Assembly (NCBI GenBank): GCA_043228905.1
Contig: JBHGNT010000005.1
Coordinates: forward strand, 14,818,001-14,882,000
Direction of reading: 5' to 3'
Length of the DNA stretch: 64,000 nucleotides
From: Azolla caroliniana
Taxonomy: Eukaryota; Plantae; Polypodiophyta
Positions 36,394 through 49,469 of the stretch are shown here, piece by piece; position 1 is the first letter of the stretch, and each line of letters starts with the position of its first letter. A program made the position numbers and the translations under genes. The notes under the pieces are model-generated. The model saw nothing but the letters and a program-made list of their open reading frames with translations. It searched no databases and was not told the origin of the DNA.

Positions 36394-38639
36394 ATGTCTT
36401 GCCCCAAAAAACATAGATCACACCAACCTTCTATTAAGAGTGTGTTTTGCAAGAAAGCACATCTTAATGATACTCCAAATAATGATGAAGAGGTTGTCAC
36501 AAATGTAAATGTGTCAACATCTTCTTCTAATAAAACAAAAAGAAAATGGAGAAACTAGTGGACTTTGCTCCACCCATGGGCATATTTGACAAAGTCCTTA
36601 TTAGGTGATGAAAAAATAAAATGCATGTGGTGTGAAGATGCAAGAAGGAATAATGTTTTACAGATGGTGGATCGCTTAGCATGCAATTGTCATCATTGAA
36701 TGAGCATTCTAAGTCATCCGACCATGTAATAGCAAGTGTTATGTATCATATAAAGATAAAAAAGGAAAATGCAAATGTGAAAGGCCCAATGAATGACAAA
36801 ATTTCAGAAATCATGCATTTAGAAAATGAGAGAATAATCTTATGCATGAAGTTGGTTCATTTTTATGCTCGTAATGATATTCCATTAGAGAAATATGTAA
36901 AACAATGTCAGTTACAAAGAGAACTTGGTACTCCAAATGCCCTTGCCTCAAATGAATATGGTACTTATGCTAATGCTAAATTTGCAAGAGAATTCTTAAT
37001 GGCTATTAAGAACCACAGAAGAAAACTCTTGTATGAAGAAATTCATGGAAGTCCATTTTTCTCCATCTTGATTGATGAAAGCACCGATCGGACATTGGAA
37101 AAACACCTCATTATCTATGTCTTGTACTTAAGCGAAGGTGGCAAAGGGGAGCCACAATGTAAATTTGTGCGTCTTCTTCCGGTGGAAAATGGGAAAGCTA
37201 AAGGTATCTATAATACTATCACTGAATTCATTTTGGAGAGCAATTTAGATTTTAAAAAACTAGTGGCTTTTGCAAGTGATGGGGCATCATCTATGGTAGG
37301 TAAGAACAATGGAGCAATTTCTAAGTTTCAATCCATGATGCCTAATATTTTGGGAGTGCATTGCATTGCACATCTTGAATCACTTGCCATAAAAGATGCA
37401 TATATAATGTCTCATGCACATGTGTTTAGCTTCCTTGATGCATTTGCAAATAAAGTATACTCTTGGTTGGGAAAGTCAACTAATAGACACAAGGAGCTAA
37501 AAGAAATAATGAAACGACATGGTAAGGGTGATTTGAAGGTGCTTAAAATTCACTCCATAAGATGGTTATCTCGAGGCCAAGTAATGGAGAGACTAGTTAC
37601 ACTTATGCCTGCAATTTTAGAACAATGGGAAAAACATGAGAAAAAATGGTACGAGTATGCTACTATATTCCAAGTGCAATTTATGTTACACCTATTGGCA
37701 GATATTCTTGTGGAATTAAATAAATTAAATGAGTAGTTCCAAAGGGAATTAATGGATGTAACTATGCTTGGTGTTCACTTGGATATCATCCATGAGAAAC
37801 TTCGAAGACAATATTTATCTTGTGAAACATTTGGCACCGGGTCTATGTTTCTTGCAAACTTTCTAGATAATGTGAAAGATGGCATACTCACATATATTGG
37901 ATGTGATAATGTTACTCATTCACATCCATTGAAGTTTATACCAATTCCAAACCCAAAGGAGGTAACAAAACGATCAAGAAGACTAGTAAGCGGTCTTGAT
38001 AGTGAGAATGAAGATAGTGATTTCAACTTGAATATGTTTCATGGTAATGTGGAAAATTGTAGTTTGGATGAATGCATTAGCATTGGAAAGGACTTTGTCC
38101 AACATGTTATTGATGCCTTAAACAATCATTTCCCGGATGTTACATTTTTCAATGTTGTAAAGTTGTTTAATCCGTCTTCATGTCTTATTGAGGAAAATGA
38201 AAGAGAGAAAAAGACAACGGAATGGTTGCACAAACTTATTGGGAAGTTTAATATTGATAGGCAAATTGTTGACATGAAAAGATGCTTCAATGAACGAGAA
38301 GATTTTGTTGGTATGCTTGTTAGAATTGCTAAAGGAAGAGGAATGCATGATGCATGGGATATTTGTTGCAAAGCACAATCTTCGTGGCAATTATTTCTAG
38401 GTATTATGCAATTGTGGCAACTATGTATGACTATTCCTATTAGTACAGCAACATGTGAACGAGGTTTTTCACGTCAAAATATCATAAAAAATTATATTAG
38501 AAACGGTTTGTCTTTGGAAACTTTAGATGCTTTGATGTTTACATCCTTGAATGCTCAAGATACATCAAACATTTGTTGGAGGGATATATTTAACCTTTGG
38601 TATGAAGAAAAAGAGAGAAGGATATTATCATTGAAGTAG
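36394..38639 (+). pseudogene. hAT transposase (ZNF862/DUF4371-like with N-terminal Zn finger and C-terminal dimerisation domain), few lesions
   Basis: FSILIDESTD, FASDGASSMVG, HCIAH, IRWLS, STATCERGFS. W..HPW..CMWC N-terminus. In-frame TAGs near 36556 and 37734 and one frameshift near 36660. Confidence 0.9.
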
Positions 38640-40460
38640 ACACATATTTTACAATGCTTAATATGAGGAGTCATGGTATGATAAACATTTTTTGTGTTTT
38701 TTGGGTTTTGAGAAATATATGATGATTTAAATATTCAATTTGTATGATCTCATTATCTTTGTGAGGTAGTTATGTTTATTTGTGTATCTTTGTATACTTT
38801 CTATAATTCAAGCATCATATGCTTTTCATTATTAAAACTTGTATGTCAAATGACATGTTAGTTTTGGCACTCTCGTGTCATATGACATACATCTTTAAAA
38901 AGTGCCCCGTCAAAAAACTTAAAGACCAACCTGTCAAATTCAGGCCCTGAGTGCACCTCGATGTGCTTAGTCCGGGCATGAAGGTCGGGGTTCTTAGGCA
39001 ACTGGATGCTGGTGAGGTTATCGCAATAGATCAGGGTTGGATTGGATACCTCCACCTGCAGATCCTTTAGGAGCCTCTTGAGCCATATGGCTTCGCATTT
39101 TGCGGCCTCAGTGCTCAACAATGCACTGTCGGCTACTTCTTACTGCTCCAGCCAACTGCGGTGCTTCCTGAGCATAATCAACACATAGTGGCGTTGACTG
39201 ATCAGTATGCCTTCCGGGGTGCGGATCACTTCAATCCCGAGGAAGTAATGAAGGTCTCCTACATCTTTCATCTCAAACGATGTCGCGACCTGGGATTCGA
39301 CGGTTGATTTCGTCCAGGTCGGCGCCGAAGATGAAAACACCATCCACATAGAGCAGTATGCTCACCGGCCCATTCCAACCTTGCCGGATGAAAAGTGAAG
39401 AGTCTGATTTTGATGGAGCAAACCCTATCTGACACAGTCGCTACATGATCTTCGTGTTCCAGGCACATGGGGCTTGCTTGAGTTCGTAGAGGGACTTCCT
39501 CAATCGGCACACCGCCGATGTATTCACTCCGGACTAAAATCTGGGGGGATGAACCATAAACACATATTCCTCAAGATTACCTTGCAAGAATGCATTTTTC
39601 ATATCCATCTGATGTAGATGCCACCCCGTCACCGCTACCACCATAAGTCGGACACGGAGGGTTGTCATCTTTGCAACCGGTGCGAACGTCTCATCGTAGT
39701 CAATGTCATGTTGTTGTGAGTAGCCCTTTGCCACTAACCAGGCCTTGTACCAGTTGATGGAGTCGTCACTATTGTATTCGACCTTGTATACCCAACGACA
39801 ACCGATCGGCTTCACTCCTTTCAGTACATCTGCCAAATCCCACGTCTTATTTTCAGTGAATGCGTGCATCTCTTCCTCCATTGCGGCACACCAATTTGTG
39901 TCTTTTGCCGCTTCTGCGTAGCTCTCCAGCTCATGCAGTTCTGCCACCTAAGTCATGTTCACATAGTGATTCGCCATGTACTCATTATATCCATACCTTA
40001 TTATGGGGTTCTTGTGGTGGGTGAATCGGCGGATCTTCTGGGTCATCGATTTCGTGGCCCTCTTGGCCGACTCGGACTTCTCTTCCGAAGGTCCGTCTCT
40101 AATTTGTCCAAAGTCTGATCCGGTTTGATCTGACTCATCTCTGCCGGTGTCATACTCTAGCATGTGCTTCTTCCCTTTCTCTTTGCGCGTGAAACCGTCT
40201 CCTCGGGTCTTTGCATGGGGAAAGCACGGCCGAGTCTCCACTATTCGTCGGTTCATCATCTAGTTGACAACTCCGACTCAACCAATCCGGAGTCGGTCCA
40301 CTCATCCGGAGAGAAGTCGGACTATCCGACTGTTTGGATTCCGCGACGGTTCTCTCTATTCGGGATTCCACCGGATCATCTACAGCAATCGGCTCGGGTT
40401 CAGATGAAGAGAAATATCAGGATGCCGATTCATCAAAAACGACATCTCGGCTTACTCGAA

Positions 40461-40757
40461 GGGTGAAAGCATGGGAATGGGAACAATTAGCTATGTCCTT
40501 GACATAGCTAATTAGCTATCTAAAAAGCTACATGTAATCTGTATATTTTGGCATTTTTAGGGATGATTAGAATTTGATCTCAAATAAAGACTAGCTAAAC
40601 GATGGACCATAAATGGTAATATTTCCATCCCCATCATAAATGATACGTATCTTTAAGATCTTCCAACTAAAAATTAGCTATAAAAAAAACTATTTAGCTG
40701 TGGTCAATTTACCAGCTAAATAGCTATAATAGTGTTTCCATTCGCATGCTTTCACCC
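40461..40757. mobile_element. MITE (297 bp) with ~24-bp TIRs and 4-bp TSD
   Basis: GGGTGAAAGCATGGGAATGGGAAC versus reverse complement GGGTGAAAGCATGCGAATGGAAAC. TSD CGAA (40457-40460, 40758-40761). Removal restores host AVRVSRDVVFDE. Confidence 0.9.
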
Positions 40758-41331
40758 CGAACCGCTTTTGATCGAGGGTTATAACACTTATAACCCATCT
40801 GTTCATCTGAGTAACCGACGAGAATACACTTTTTTGCTTTCGCGTCTAACTTCCTTCATTTTTCCTTCAGCACATGCACATATGCAATGCTACCGAACAC
40901 TCGAAGGTGTGCCAAATTTGGCTTCCGCTCGAAGCACAGCTCGTGCGGCAACACCTTAACCCCTAAGGCCGATATCCGATTCTAGATGTAGACGGTTGTT
41001 CGAATTGCTTCACCCCAATAAAACTTGGGCATGCTTTTCTCCTCAAACATTGCCCTTGCCGCTAGCTAAGGGTACGGGACACAACTATTACGCTTGGCCC
41101 AACAATCTTTTACATATATTTCCTCTAGCGTCCTATTCCAAAGCTTAGCCATGTCATTCTACTTCTGCGTGTATCTGAAGGATAATTCCCTTCGTTTGCA
41201 GATAGCTCGTGAACTGGTTGGAAAGTACTCTTTCCGCCATCCGATCTCAAACGCTTCATGTTTCGTACGCTACTCAAAAATGTCGTCGCCACCTGGTACG
41301 TACAACAATCAAGTGACGTGACAAAGAACTA

Positions 41332-41884
41332 GGTGATCCTCCGGGATCTCCTCGTGCAAAACTTCGCCCATCAAAATTCAGCCCAAACAGCATTGCAGCA
41401 ACAAGCACAGGAACCCGTGGGCCAATTTGGTGTTATCCTCAATCAACTCCTCATTCGCGCCAACCCTACCATGCCCAAGCATGTGAAGCTTTTCTTCTTA
41501 TGACCCCGTTTGCGCTATGACATCACTCGTTGCGCTTGGGACCAAGGTCCCTAGACATTCAACGACGCCATCCTCACTGCCCAATGCATTGAGGCTTGTA
41601 CATTATCCGACTCCCAACCACGTTGGCCCCATACATCATCGACCGACCTACGAGCCCAATACCAGGGAGCGGCCCCCATGGACAATGATGTCCAAAACGT
41701 GCAGTTGCAGGCTTGCCACAACCTGCCCCATCACGATGGCCAAGGGCGCCCGAAGTGTTTCTACTGCCACAATTATAGACACGTCTGACGTCACTGCCGG
41801 AAATTGCAACACCGGTCTCACAAGAAACAAGTCCAAATAACCATGACTAACGTGGCATCATTGGTTGAGCTTCTGGGAAACTGA
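41332..41884 (+). pseudogene. gag: Ty3/Gypsy gag fragment of a further family
   Basis: One frame gives AAPMDND, zinc knuckle CFYCHNYRHV*RHC, and ends LGN* on G-GGA-AAC-TGA. Not in the ORF track because of stops. Confidence 0.7.
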
Positions 41885-42323
41885 CTTCTAGGGTGTTGAT
41901 GCAAGAGCCAATCCCCCACATCCAAGCAGTTGCCTCTTCCAGTTTGTAGGTATGCACCGACCTCGCCACCATCAGTCACTCCACCCACACCATCTTGTTA
42001 GACTCAAGTAGTAGTATCTCTTCCATTAGCAACGCCTTAGTTCACTAGTTAGGACTCCCAACATCCACCGCTCCTTCCATCCAAGTCCTTTTTGGTGATC
42101 ACCAACATCTATACCACTCTCACACACAAGCCCACTACACCTTCACCTTAGGCACTCTCACCTTCTCACACCACTTTTATATCTTGTCCCACCAACTATT
42201 CCCCCTCACCTTAGGTTGCAATTGGTTCCTCAAGTGTCGCGCCGTGATTGATTTCGATACCCACAAACTTCTTGTCCTACATGCTCCCCTTATCCCTCTC
42301 CTACACGATACTTCCTAACACAT

Positions 42324-45300
42324 GAGAATCCTCCCTCTTTCTTCGATCTTCAATCCATGTTGTTGGTCGAAGAAAACCATTTTTGAACAAGCAGCAATGC
42401 CTCGGAAGGCCACATGCTCTACACACATTCAAGTGTAGGAGGCGGACGATGCCCGACATGCGAAAACAACTCGCAATTTCCGCAACAAGACGGAAGCCAT
42501 CGAGGAACATTCGAAAGAAGGGGGAGGTTCCATTCCGGTCCGAGTCGAGAAAATTTGATCGAATGCGGATATTGCGGCAAAATCAGCCACCATGAACAAG
42601 AGTGCGAAAGAAGAAGCATGAGTCGGCTTCCACTAACCGACAACTAACCAACTACGCCACAAATTCCGACTATGAAGATCGTGGCGGAATGTTCGTGATA
42701 AGACATAGAGCAAATTCTTTGTTGGCTTCTACTTCGAATAGTGCCACTAGTTCGGAAGAAGTATGGTTCATCGACTCCGGTGTTTCAAACCATATGATGT
42801 CTCATCATGGATGGTTCCGAGAACTTTGAGAGTCAGACCGACCCGGCTATGTCAAAACCGGAGATGACACTACTCATCCGATTCAGCACATCGGCAATGT
42901 TCCATTCGGAAAAGAAGGTAACCTAACTTACATTAAGAATGTCATGCATGTACCTACCATTACGAAGAATTTGGTCTCTGTCGGCCAAATTGTTGAGTAA
43001 GGGATGCAAGTTCGATTTAATCAAGGCGGTTGCTTCATCAAGAAAGAGGGTCGACTCATCGCTCGCGGACGAAGAAAGGTCGAATGTTCATTCTTGACTC
43101 ACACGAGATGAAATCGTCCATGTTTGCAAAAGGCACCAAAGCCGACATCGACATAGAGTTGTGGCATAAGCGGATTGGCCACATCAACCTCCAAAAGCTC
43201 AAGGGAATGCAATTGAAAGGAGTCTTCATTAGACTCTCGACCCTCAAAGAGAAAGAGATTGAAAGCGTATGTGCAGCCTGCCAATTCGGCAAGCAACATC
43301 GGCACCCGTTTCCGAATGAGAGGAACGTGAGCAAAGGCGTACTCGACATAATTCATTCCAATATATGGGGTCCGGCTCAGACGGCTACATTCAGTGGATG
43401 TCAATACTACGTGGCCTTCATTGACAACTTCTCCAGGAACACCTAGATCTACCCCATGCGGCAAAATAGCGAAGTGTTCGGACACTTCCAAAATTTCAAC
43501 AGTAGAGTCAAAAAGGAAACAGATCGACGTGTACGATGTCTTCGATCGGATGGAGGAAAAGAGTACTTTTTCGACAAATTTTCGGCTTTTCTTCGGAAAG
43601 AAGGAATTCAGCAAGAGTTTTCGTGTCAACGCACGCCACAACAGAACGGGGTAGCCGAACAAAAGAATCGGCACATCTTCGAAGTAGCACGGGCCATGCT
43701 TAACGAGAAGCACATGCCGAAATTGTACTGGGTAGAAGCCGCCAACACAACCGCCTACCTAATGAACCGGTGTACAACATCCGACGTGCATGAGGTTACC
43801 CCACACGAGAAGTTTTTCGAAAAGAAGCCGGATCTATCACATGTTCGGATATTCGACTCCATTGCATACGTGCACATCCCCGACAAGAAGCGACAAAAGC
43901 TTGACCCGAAGTTGGAGAAATTTATCCTTGTTGGATACTCACTGGAGCAAAAGGGGTACAAGTGCTATAACCCCTCTACTCAGAAGGTTTGTGTAAGCTG
44001 AGATGTAGTCTTTGACGAATCAGCATCATGGTACGAACCCAAGTTGAATCCTCCCGAACCATTTCCAGTCGACCCGGAATACGCCAAACAAGAGACAGAA
44101 GATGGAGATCGACTCGAGCACAAGTTCTAAGAAAGTCCGATTAAGACAAGACTTAGTGGGCCACAAGAGCCCCCGAGCAACCAAAGCATATATCGGTCTA
44201 GTCCGAAGATGGACAAAGGCAAGGTGAAAATGCCAGAGTATGAAGACGATCAATTCGACAGCAATGAATCGACTCACTCCCTCGACAGTGATTTCAGTGG
44301 CTTCAATGTACCTATCATGAGGACATTCGGCGTAAAGAAAGCCATTGCCACGGCAAATGGAAAACTCCGTCGCTCCACTCATGAGAAGAATCATGTTACG
44401 AAAATGCCAAAGTATGAAGACGATCTATTCGACGGCAATGAATCGACTCACTCCCTCGACAGTGATTTCAGTGGCTTCGATGTACCTATCATGAGGACAT
44501 GCGGTGTAAAGAAAGCCATTGCCACGGCAAATGGAAAACTCCGTCGCTCCACCCATGAGAAGAATCATGTTAACCGATTCGGCTACAACGATTATATGGC
44601 ATACCACTATGCCTTTATGATGAAGGTGGCGACAGTTTGAGAAAGGGAAAGTTTTTCGGAAACAGCCAAGGATCCAAGATGGGTCGAAGCAATGAACGAG
44701 GAGATGCGGGCACTATGCAAGAACGAGACATGGGATCTCATTTCCCACTCATTGCACAAGAAGGCAATCGGCTATAGATGGATTTATAAGGTGAAGTATA
44801 ATGCCAACAGCTCCGTCAACCGCTACAAAGCTTGACTCGTAGCAAAAGGATACGCACTGACACATGGAGTCGACTAGGAAGAGACATTTGCCCCAGTGGC
44901 AAAGATGACGACTGTGTGGACCATGATCGCACTCGCAGCAGCGAAAGGGTGGCATCTCCACCAGATGGACGTAAAGAATGCCTTTCTTCAAGGCGAATTA
45001 GAAGAGGAGGTGTACATGGTACAGCCATCCGGTTTTGAATCCAATATTCATCTGAAAGCCGCTTGCCGACTCAAGAAGCCTCTCGACGGCCTCAAGCAAG
45101 CACTACGTGCTTGGCACTCGAAGATAACACAATATCTTCACCGAATCGGCTTTCGAATGTCGAAAACCGACAACTCCCTCTACGCAAGAAGCGATTCAGG
45201 AAGTCTAATTGTCATTCTTCTATGCGTGGATGATCTTCTGGTCATTGGAGGTGAGCATCTAGTCGAGATCAATAAGGTCAAGTCCCTCCTCTCCAACAAA

Positions 45301-45535
45301 TTCGAGATGATGGACATGAAGGAGCTGCATTACTTCCTTGGCATCGAGGTAATTTGGACTCCAGCCGGCATTATGATCTCCCAACGACACTACATACTTA
45401 ATTTGCTATACAAGTTCGGGATGGCTGAGTGTAAATTTGTGGCAACCCCTCTCGATCGAAACCTCAAACTGGATGCCGACTCTGGCACAGAAGAGTGCGA
45501 GCTGACTCAATATCGACAACTAATCGAGAGTCTCA
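42324..45535 (+). mobile_element. Copia H internal fragment (gag end, PR, INT, RT), same family as Copia G, no LTRs
   Basis: ENPPSFFDLQSMLLVEENH, CGYCGKISHHEQEC, LRSDGGKEY, TPQQNGVAE, HQMDVKNAFLQG. Truncated by low-complexity DNA. Confidence 0.9.
44226..44577 (+). repeat. Tandem duplication (~175 bp x2) in Copia H INT-RT linker
   Basis: KMP(E/K)YEDD.FD.NESTHSLDSDFSGF.VPIMRT.GVKKAIATANGKLRRSTHEKNHV encoded twice in frame. Confidence 0.92.
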
Positions 45536-45914
45536 ATGATAATACATACATAAAAATTACATATTACATATATACATACACATTCTTACAAACATACTTT
45601 ATATATTACATACATACAAACACAAACATAACACACATCACACATGCATACCACATACATGCATATATACCTACATTCATATATCACACATCACACATAC
45701 ATATATACCTACATTCAAACATTACATCCATTAATATGTATATACATACATTACACCCATTTATACATGCATTTTGACTAAACATAAATATATGTACCAA
45801 TATATATTACCATATGTAAATATGTACATAAACATACATGCATGCATTACATACTACATACATATTAGAATCAACCATATATATTGACATACATATATAC
45901 ATAATACATACAAT

Positions 45915-46557
45915 CATAGATTGACACATGCGTGAAATTCGTGATATTCTCCATGCGCAATATTCTCAATATTCGAGAATACAAAATGGCCCCAAGAATA
46001 TTAAAAAACCATTCGTTTTGTAAAATAAATATAAAAAATTATTTATTTATTTAAATAAATGTATTTCACCAAAAAAAAACAATTATTCATTAATAGATTA
46101 TAGTGTCAAGAGAGTTTATGAAACTTAATTTAATTAATTAATTTTTTAAAAACGAATATTTTTATATTTATTATACAAATATGATTAGTATGAACTTTGA
46201 AGATATGATTAGTTTGAAGTACCATTTTTAATGTCAAGATAAAAATATCCATAATTTTGAGAAAATAAAAAGTGAGAAATTAATGAGCCTTTATTTTATT
46301 TTATTTATTTATTAAAAATAAAACGACTATACATTTATTATAAAATTTTAGTAGTGTCAAGTCCCCAAAGTCACTCTTTTATTATCCCTATTTATTGTTA
46401 AGTTCTTTTTTTTTATCTTAGGAAATTTTTAAAACAAAAGTTTTTATTTTTTAGGGGGGGGGGGGAGGGGTTAAACGAATACTTGACTACCCATTCGTAT
46501 TCGTATTCGTTTGCATTCGAATGGGAACCCCCACGAATGCGAATATGTCAATCTATG
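45915..46557. mobile_element. Non-autonomous hAT-type element (643 bp)
   Basis: TIR CATAGATTGACA at both ends. 8-bp TSD CATACAAT (45907-45914, 46558-46565). Subterminal ATTCG repeats. Confidence 0.9.
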
Positions 46558-46759
46558 CATACAATAAAATTACATATTACATATACATATACATACACAA
46601 ATACATATATGCATATATACATATATACATACAAAACACAAAAAATAAATTACATATTATATATATACACATACACATACATATTAATACCTAAGATTAC
46701 ATATTATATGTATACAAATCTTCATACTTACAAACAAGTTACATATATTACATATATAT

Positions 46760-46955
46760 TGTGGTGTGCATGTATGCCTTTGTGCCACTCTTTTAGTACA
46801 CCCTTTTTAGGATGCATGTACCTAAGCCGACCCACCCTTTTAGCATACCCTTTTAAGCTAAGCCAACCCAAATGGGTACCTTTGTATAAACTATAAATTG
46901 AGTAAGAAGTAAGAAGCTAACTAGACTGGTTTTGATCTCTTATGTGCATTTCACA
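46760..46955 (+). mobile_element. Possible short solo LTR (196 bp)
   Basis: TGTGGTGTGCA...TGCATTTCACA ends, flanked by ATAT/ATAT, TATAAA near 46892, distinct composition. The TSD is weak in AT-rich DNA. Confidence 0.5.
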
Positions 46956-48040
46956 ATATACACGTGCACACACACATAAATAAATTAGATATTACATAGC
47001 ATATAATCCATACCTATTACACAATATACAAATTTACACATACATAAATTACATATATACATATATAGATACATACATAGATATATTACATATGTAAATA
47101 CATATTCCACATATCACCATATATATAGATTATACGGGACCATACAAACCACAATACTTACATATATACATACATACACACACACACATTAGGTATATGT
47201 ATACTTACACATACATTGGATATATACATGCATATTACGTACATATTACAAACATACATCCATATACGAGCCATATACATACTACTACATATGCATACAT
47301 TAGATATATACATAAATATTATGCACATATTACAATCACACATCCATACACATTGAATCATTTACATTGTCATATGGATATATGCATACACATACATACA
47401 CACACACATACATACATACATACATACATACATACATACATACATACATTACATATGAATATATGCATACACATATGTACATTCATACATGGACATACAC
47501 ATATTCATTTATACATTGTTACATATACGTACACATATATACATTAGATATATACATAGATATTATGCACATATTACAATCACACATCCAGATACATTGA
47601 ATCATGTACATTACATATGCATATATGCATACACATACATACATACATTACATACATGACATATGCATATATGCATACACATATGTACATTCGTACACAT
47701 ACATACATACATTACATATGGATATATGCATACACATATGTACATTCGTACATGGACATACATATATTCATTTATACATTGCTACATATACATACAAATA
47801 TATACATTAGATATATACATAGATATTATACACATATTACAATCACACATCCATATACATTGAATCATGTACATTTACATATGCATATATGCACTACATA
47901 CATACATACATACATACATACATTACATATGCATATATGCATACACATATGTACATTCGAACATGAATGTTTGAATGTTATGTTTAGTATGAATGTATGT
48001 ATGTATGTGCACGTAATGTATGCATGTATGAATGAATATC

Positions 48041-49469
48041 CCACCAATACTATACGTGAAACTTGACAACACGGCGAGAGAAAGAACTCAATTGTGTTTG
48101 GTTACCTAAGCATGTTACTAGACAAGGGTATTTTCAAAACGATTAAGGTCAACTTCTTGCTAGTTGGTCATACACATGATCGCATAGATCAAATGTTTAG
48201 CAGGTTCTCCAAGAAATTAGCGAGGTGCAATGCTTTCACACTTCCTGTGCTATCAAGGTTGATCGTTGAAGCTTATACCCCCAAGCCAGATGTGCAACAT
48301 TTAGATGAAGTATATGATTTCAAGCGCTTCTGTTTGGATGGTGATGGGACTGGATGTAGGGTTCTTCCTCCGCTTAATAATATAAGTTTTATCCACGTCT
48401 TCCCATCCAAAAAAGTGTGGTTGGTCACAACCAGACCATGCTATATGCCAAACAATACTCATCTAGTTCGCAATGGGAGCCACAAGACGGATGTAGGCTC
48501 TTATTGCATTTCCTAGATGCAATAATCTATGGTGCTGAGCAAATGCCCTATGACGACCATAAAAGATTGGTTGTTGGTAGTTCAATTGAAGAGCAAAAGA
48601 TATATTGGATGTCGTGCCTTGAGGAAAAACAGAAAAATATTGAGCGAACCAAAAAGTACGTTGGTGATTTTGATGTGGATTGGTGGGATGTCTTCTTTAA
48701 TCATCAACATACAATATTAGATAACCACTTTACAGGGTACTAGCCACTACAAAATCAATTCGAATGGGCGCTTGGTGGCCCATCAATGGCAAGCACGACT
48801 CCTTTACAACCACTAGATAATCTTGAATTGAATAATCTAGTTCATCCACAACAAAGAGATATTTACGTGGGACCAAGATTATCACATGCTATAGAGGCAA
48901 GGTGGCAAGGCAATCTACATGAGCTACAAGTTGGTATGTTGGTTGCAACATTAGTTGGGGGTGATAAGTTGGGCCATCCCTTCTGGATTGCCAAAATCAT
49001 TGAAATTATTAAGGATGATGAAGGCAATCAAGTAAAGTCTATTATGGTTCATTGGTATCATACCTCTTCCAAAGATGCATTTACTAGGAAGTACTCTTTA
49101 GAGATGATTAAGGATGTCGAAGGCACAAGCAAAAAGTGAAGAAGAAAGAATCTACCAAGCACGTCTACTCTAGCACTTGATAATGTCGACATAATCGTGT
49201 ATGACTTCTCCTTGACCAAAACAGGCCATCTAAGATAGACTACAATCAAGATAATAAAAGAGAAGATCCCATATGTGCCTGTTGACGCAACACAGAGACG
49301 AACAAGGAGTATGTCTCATAATCACGGTGATGTTGGATTGCAATTGGATGAAGACAATGCATTGGTTGCTAGTGATGATGAGGATGAGACCTCACAAAGC
49401 TCTTCTAGTTCATCGGGTGGGTCTGAAGGAGAAGGCGTATCTCTGGGAAGTGATGGATCTCATATATGA
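48041..49469 (+). pseudogene. 5'-truncated DDD-type transposase remnant (DUF7869/Sola1-like)
   Basis: PPILYVKLDNTARE-KNSIVFGYL..VNFLLVGHTHDRIDQMFSRFS motif. C-terminal HPFWIAKII..VHWY and acidic tail. Frameshifts and stops. Confidence 0.65.

Larger units (their letters stand above)
34499..38949 (+). mobile_element. Full-length hAT DNA transposon
   Basis: 8-bp TSD AGTGCACC (34491-34498, 38950-38957). Imperfect TIRs CAAGGTAGGAATTTGAC / CAGGGCCTGAATTTGAC. Internal transposase. Confidence 0.92.
29143..41290 (-). mobile_element. Degenerate Copia F (integrase to partial 3' LTR), interrupted by Copia G, a hAT element and a MITE
   Basis: LTR edge CTCAACA 29497 plus PPT. RNase H KHIEVH|YHFVHERV split at 34498/38958. 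RT 39140-39950. Integrase end 40400-41290. Homologous to Copia E. Confidence 0.85.
45536..48040. repeat. TACA/TA-rich low-complexity region with higher-order ~250-bp repeats (47290-47960)
   Basis: (TACA)n tracts. Block CATTAGATATATACATA..ATTACAATCACACATCCA..ACATTGAATCAT occurs three times. Confidence 0.85.

Noticed and set aside
45536-48066. His/Tyr/Ile/Thr-rich ORFs
   Set aside because: Translations of (TACA)n low-complexity DNA.
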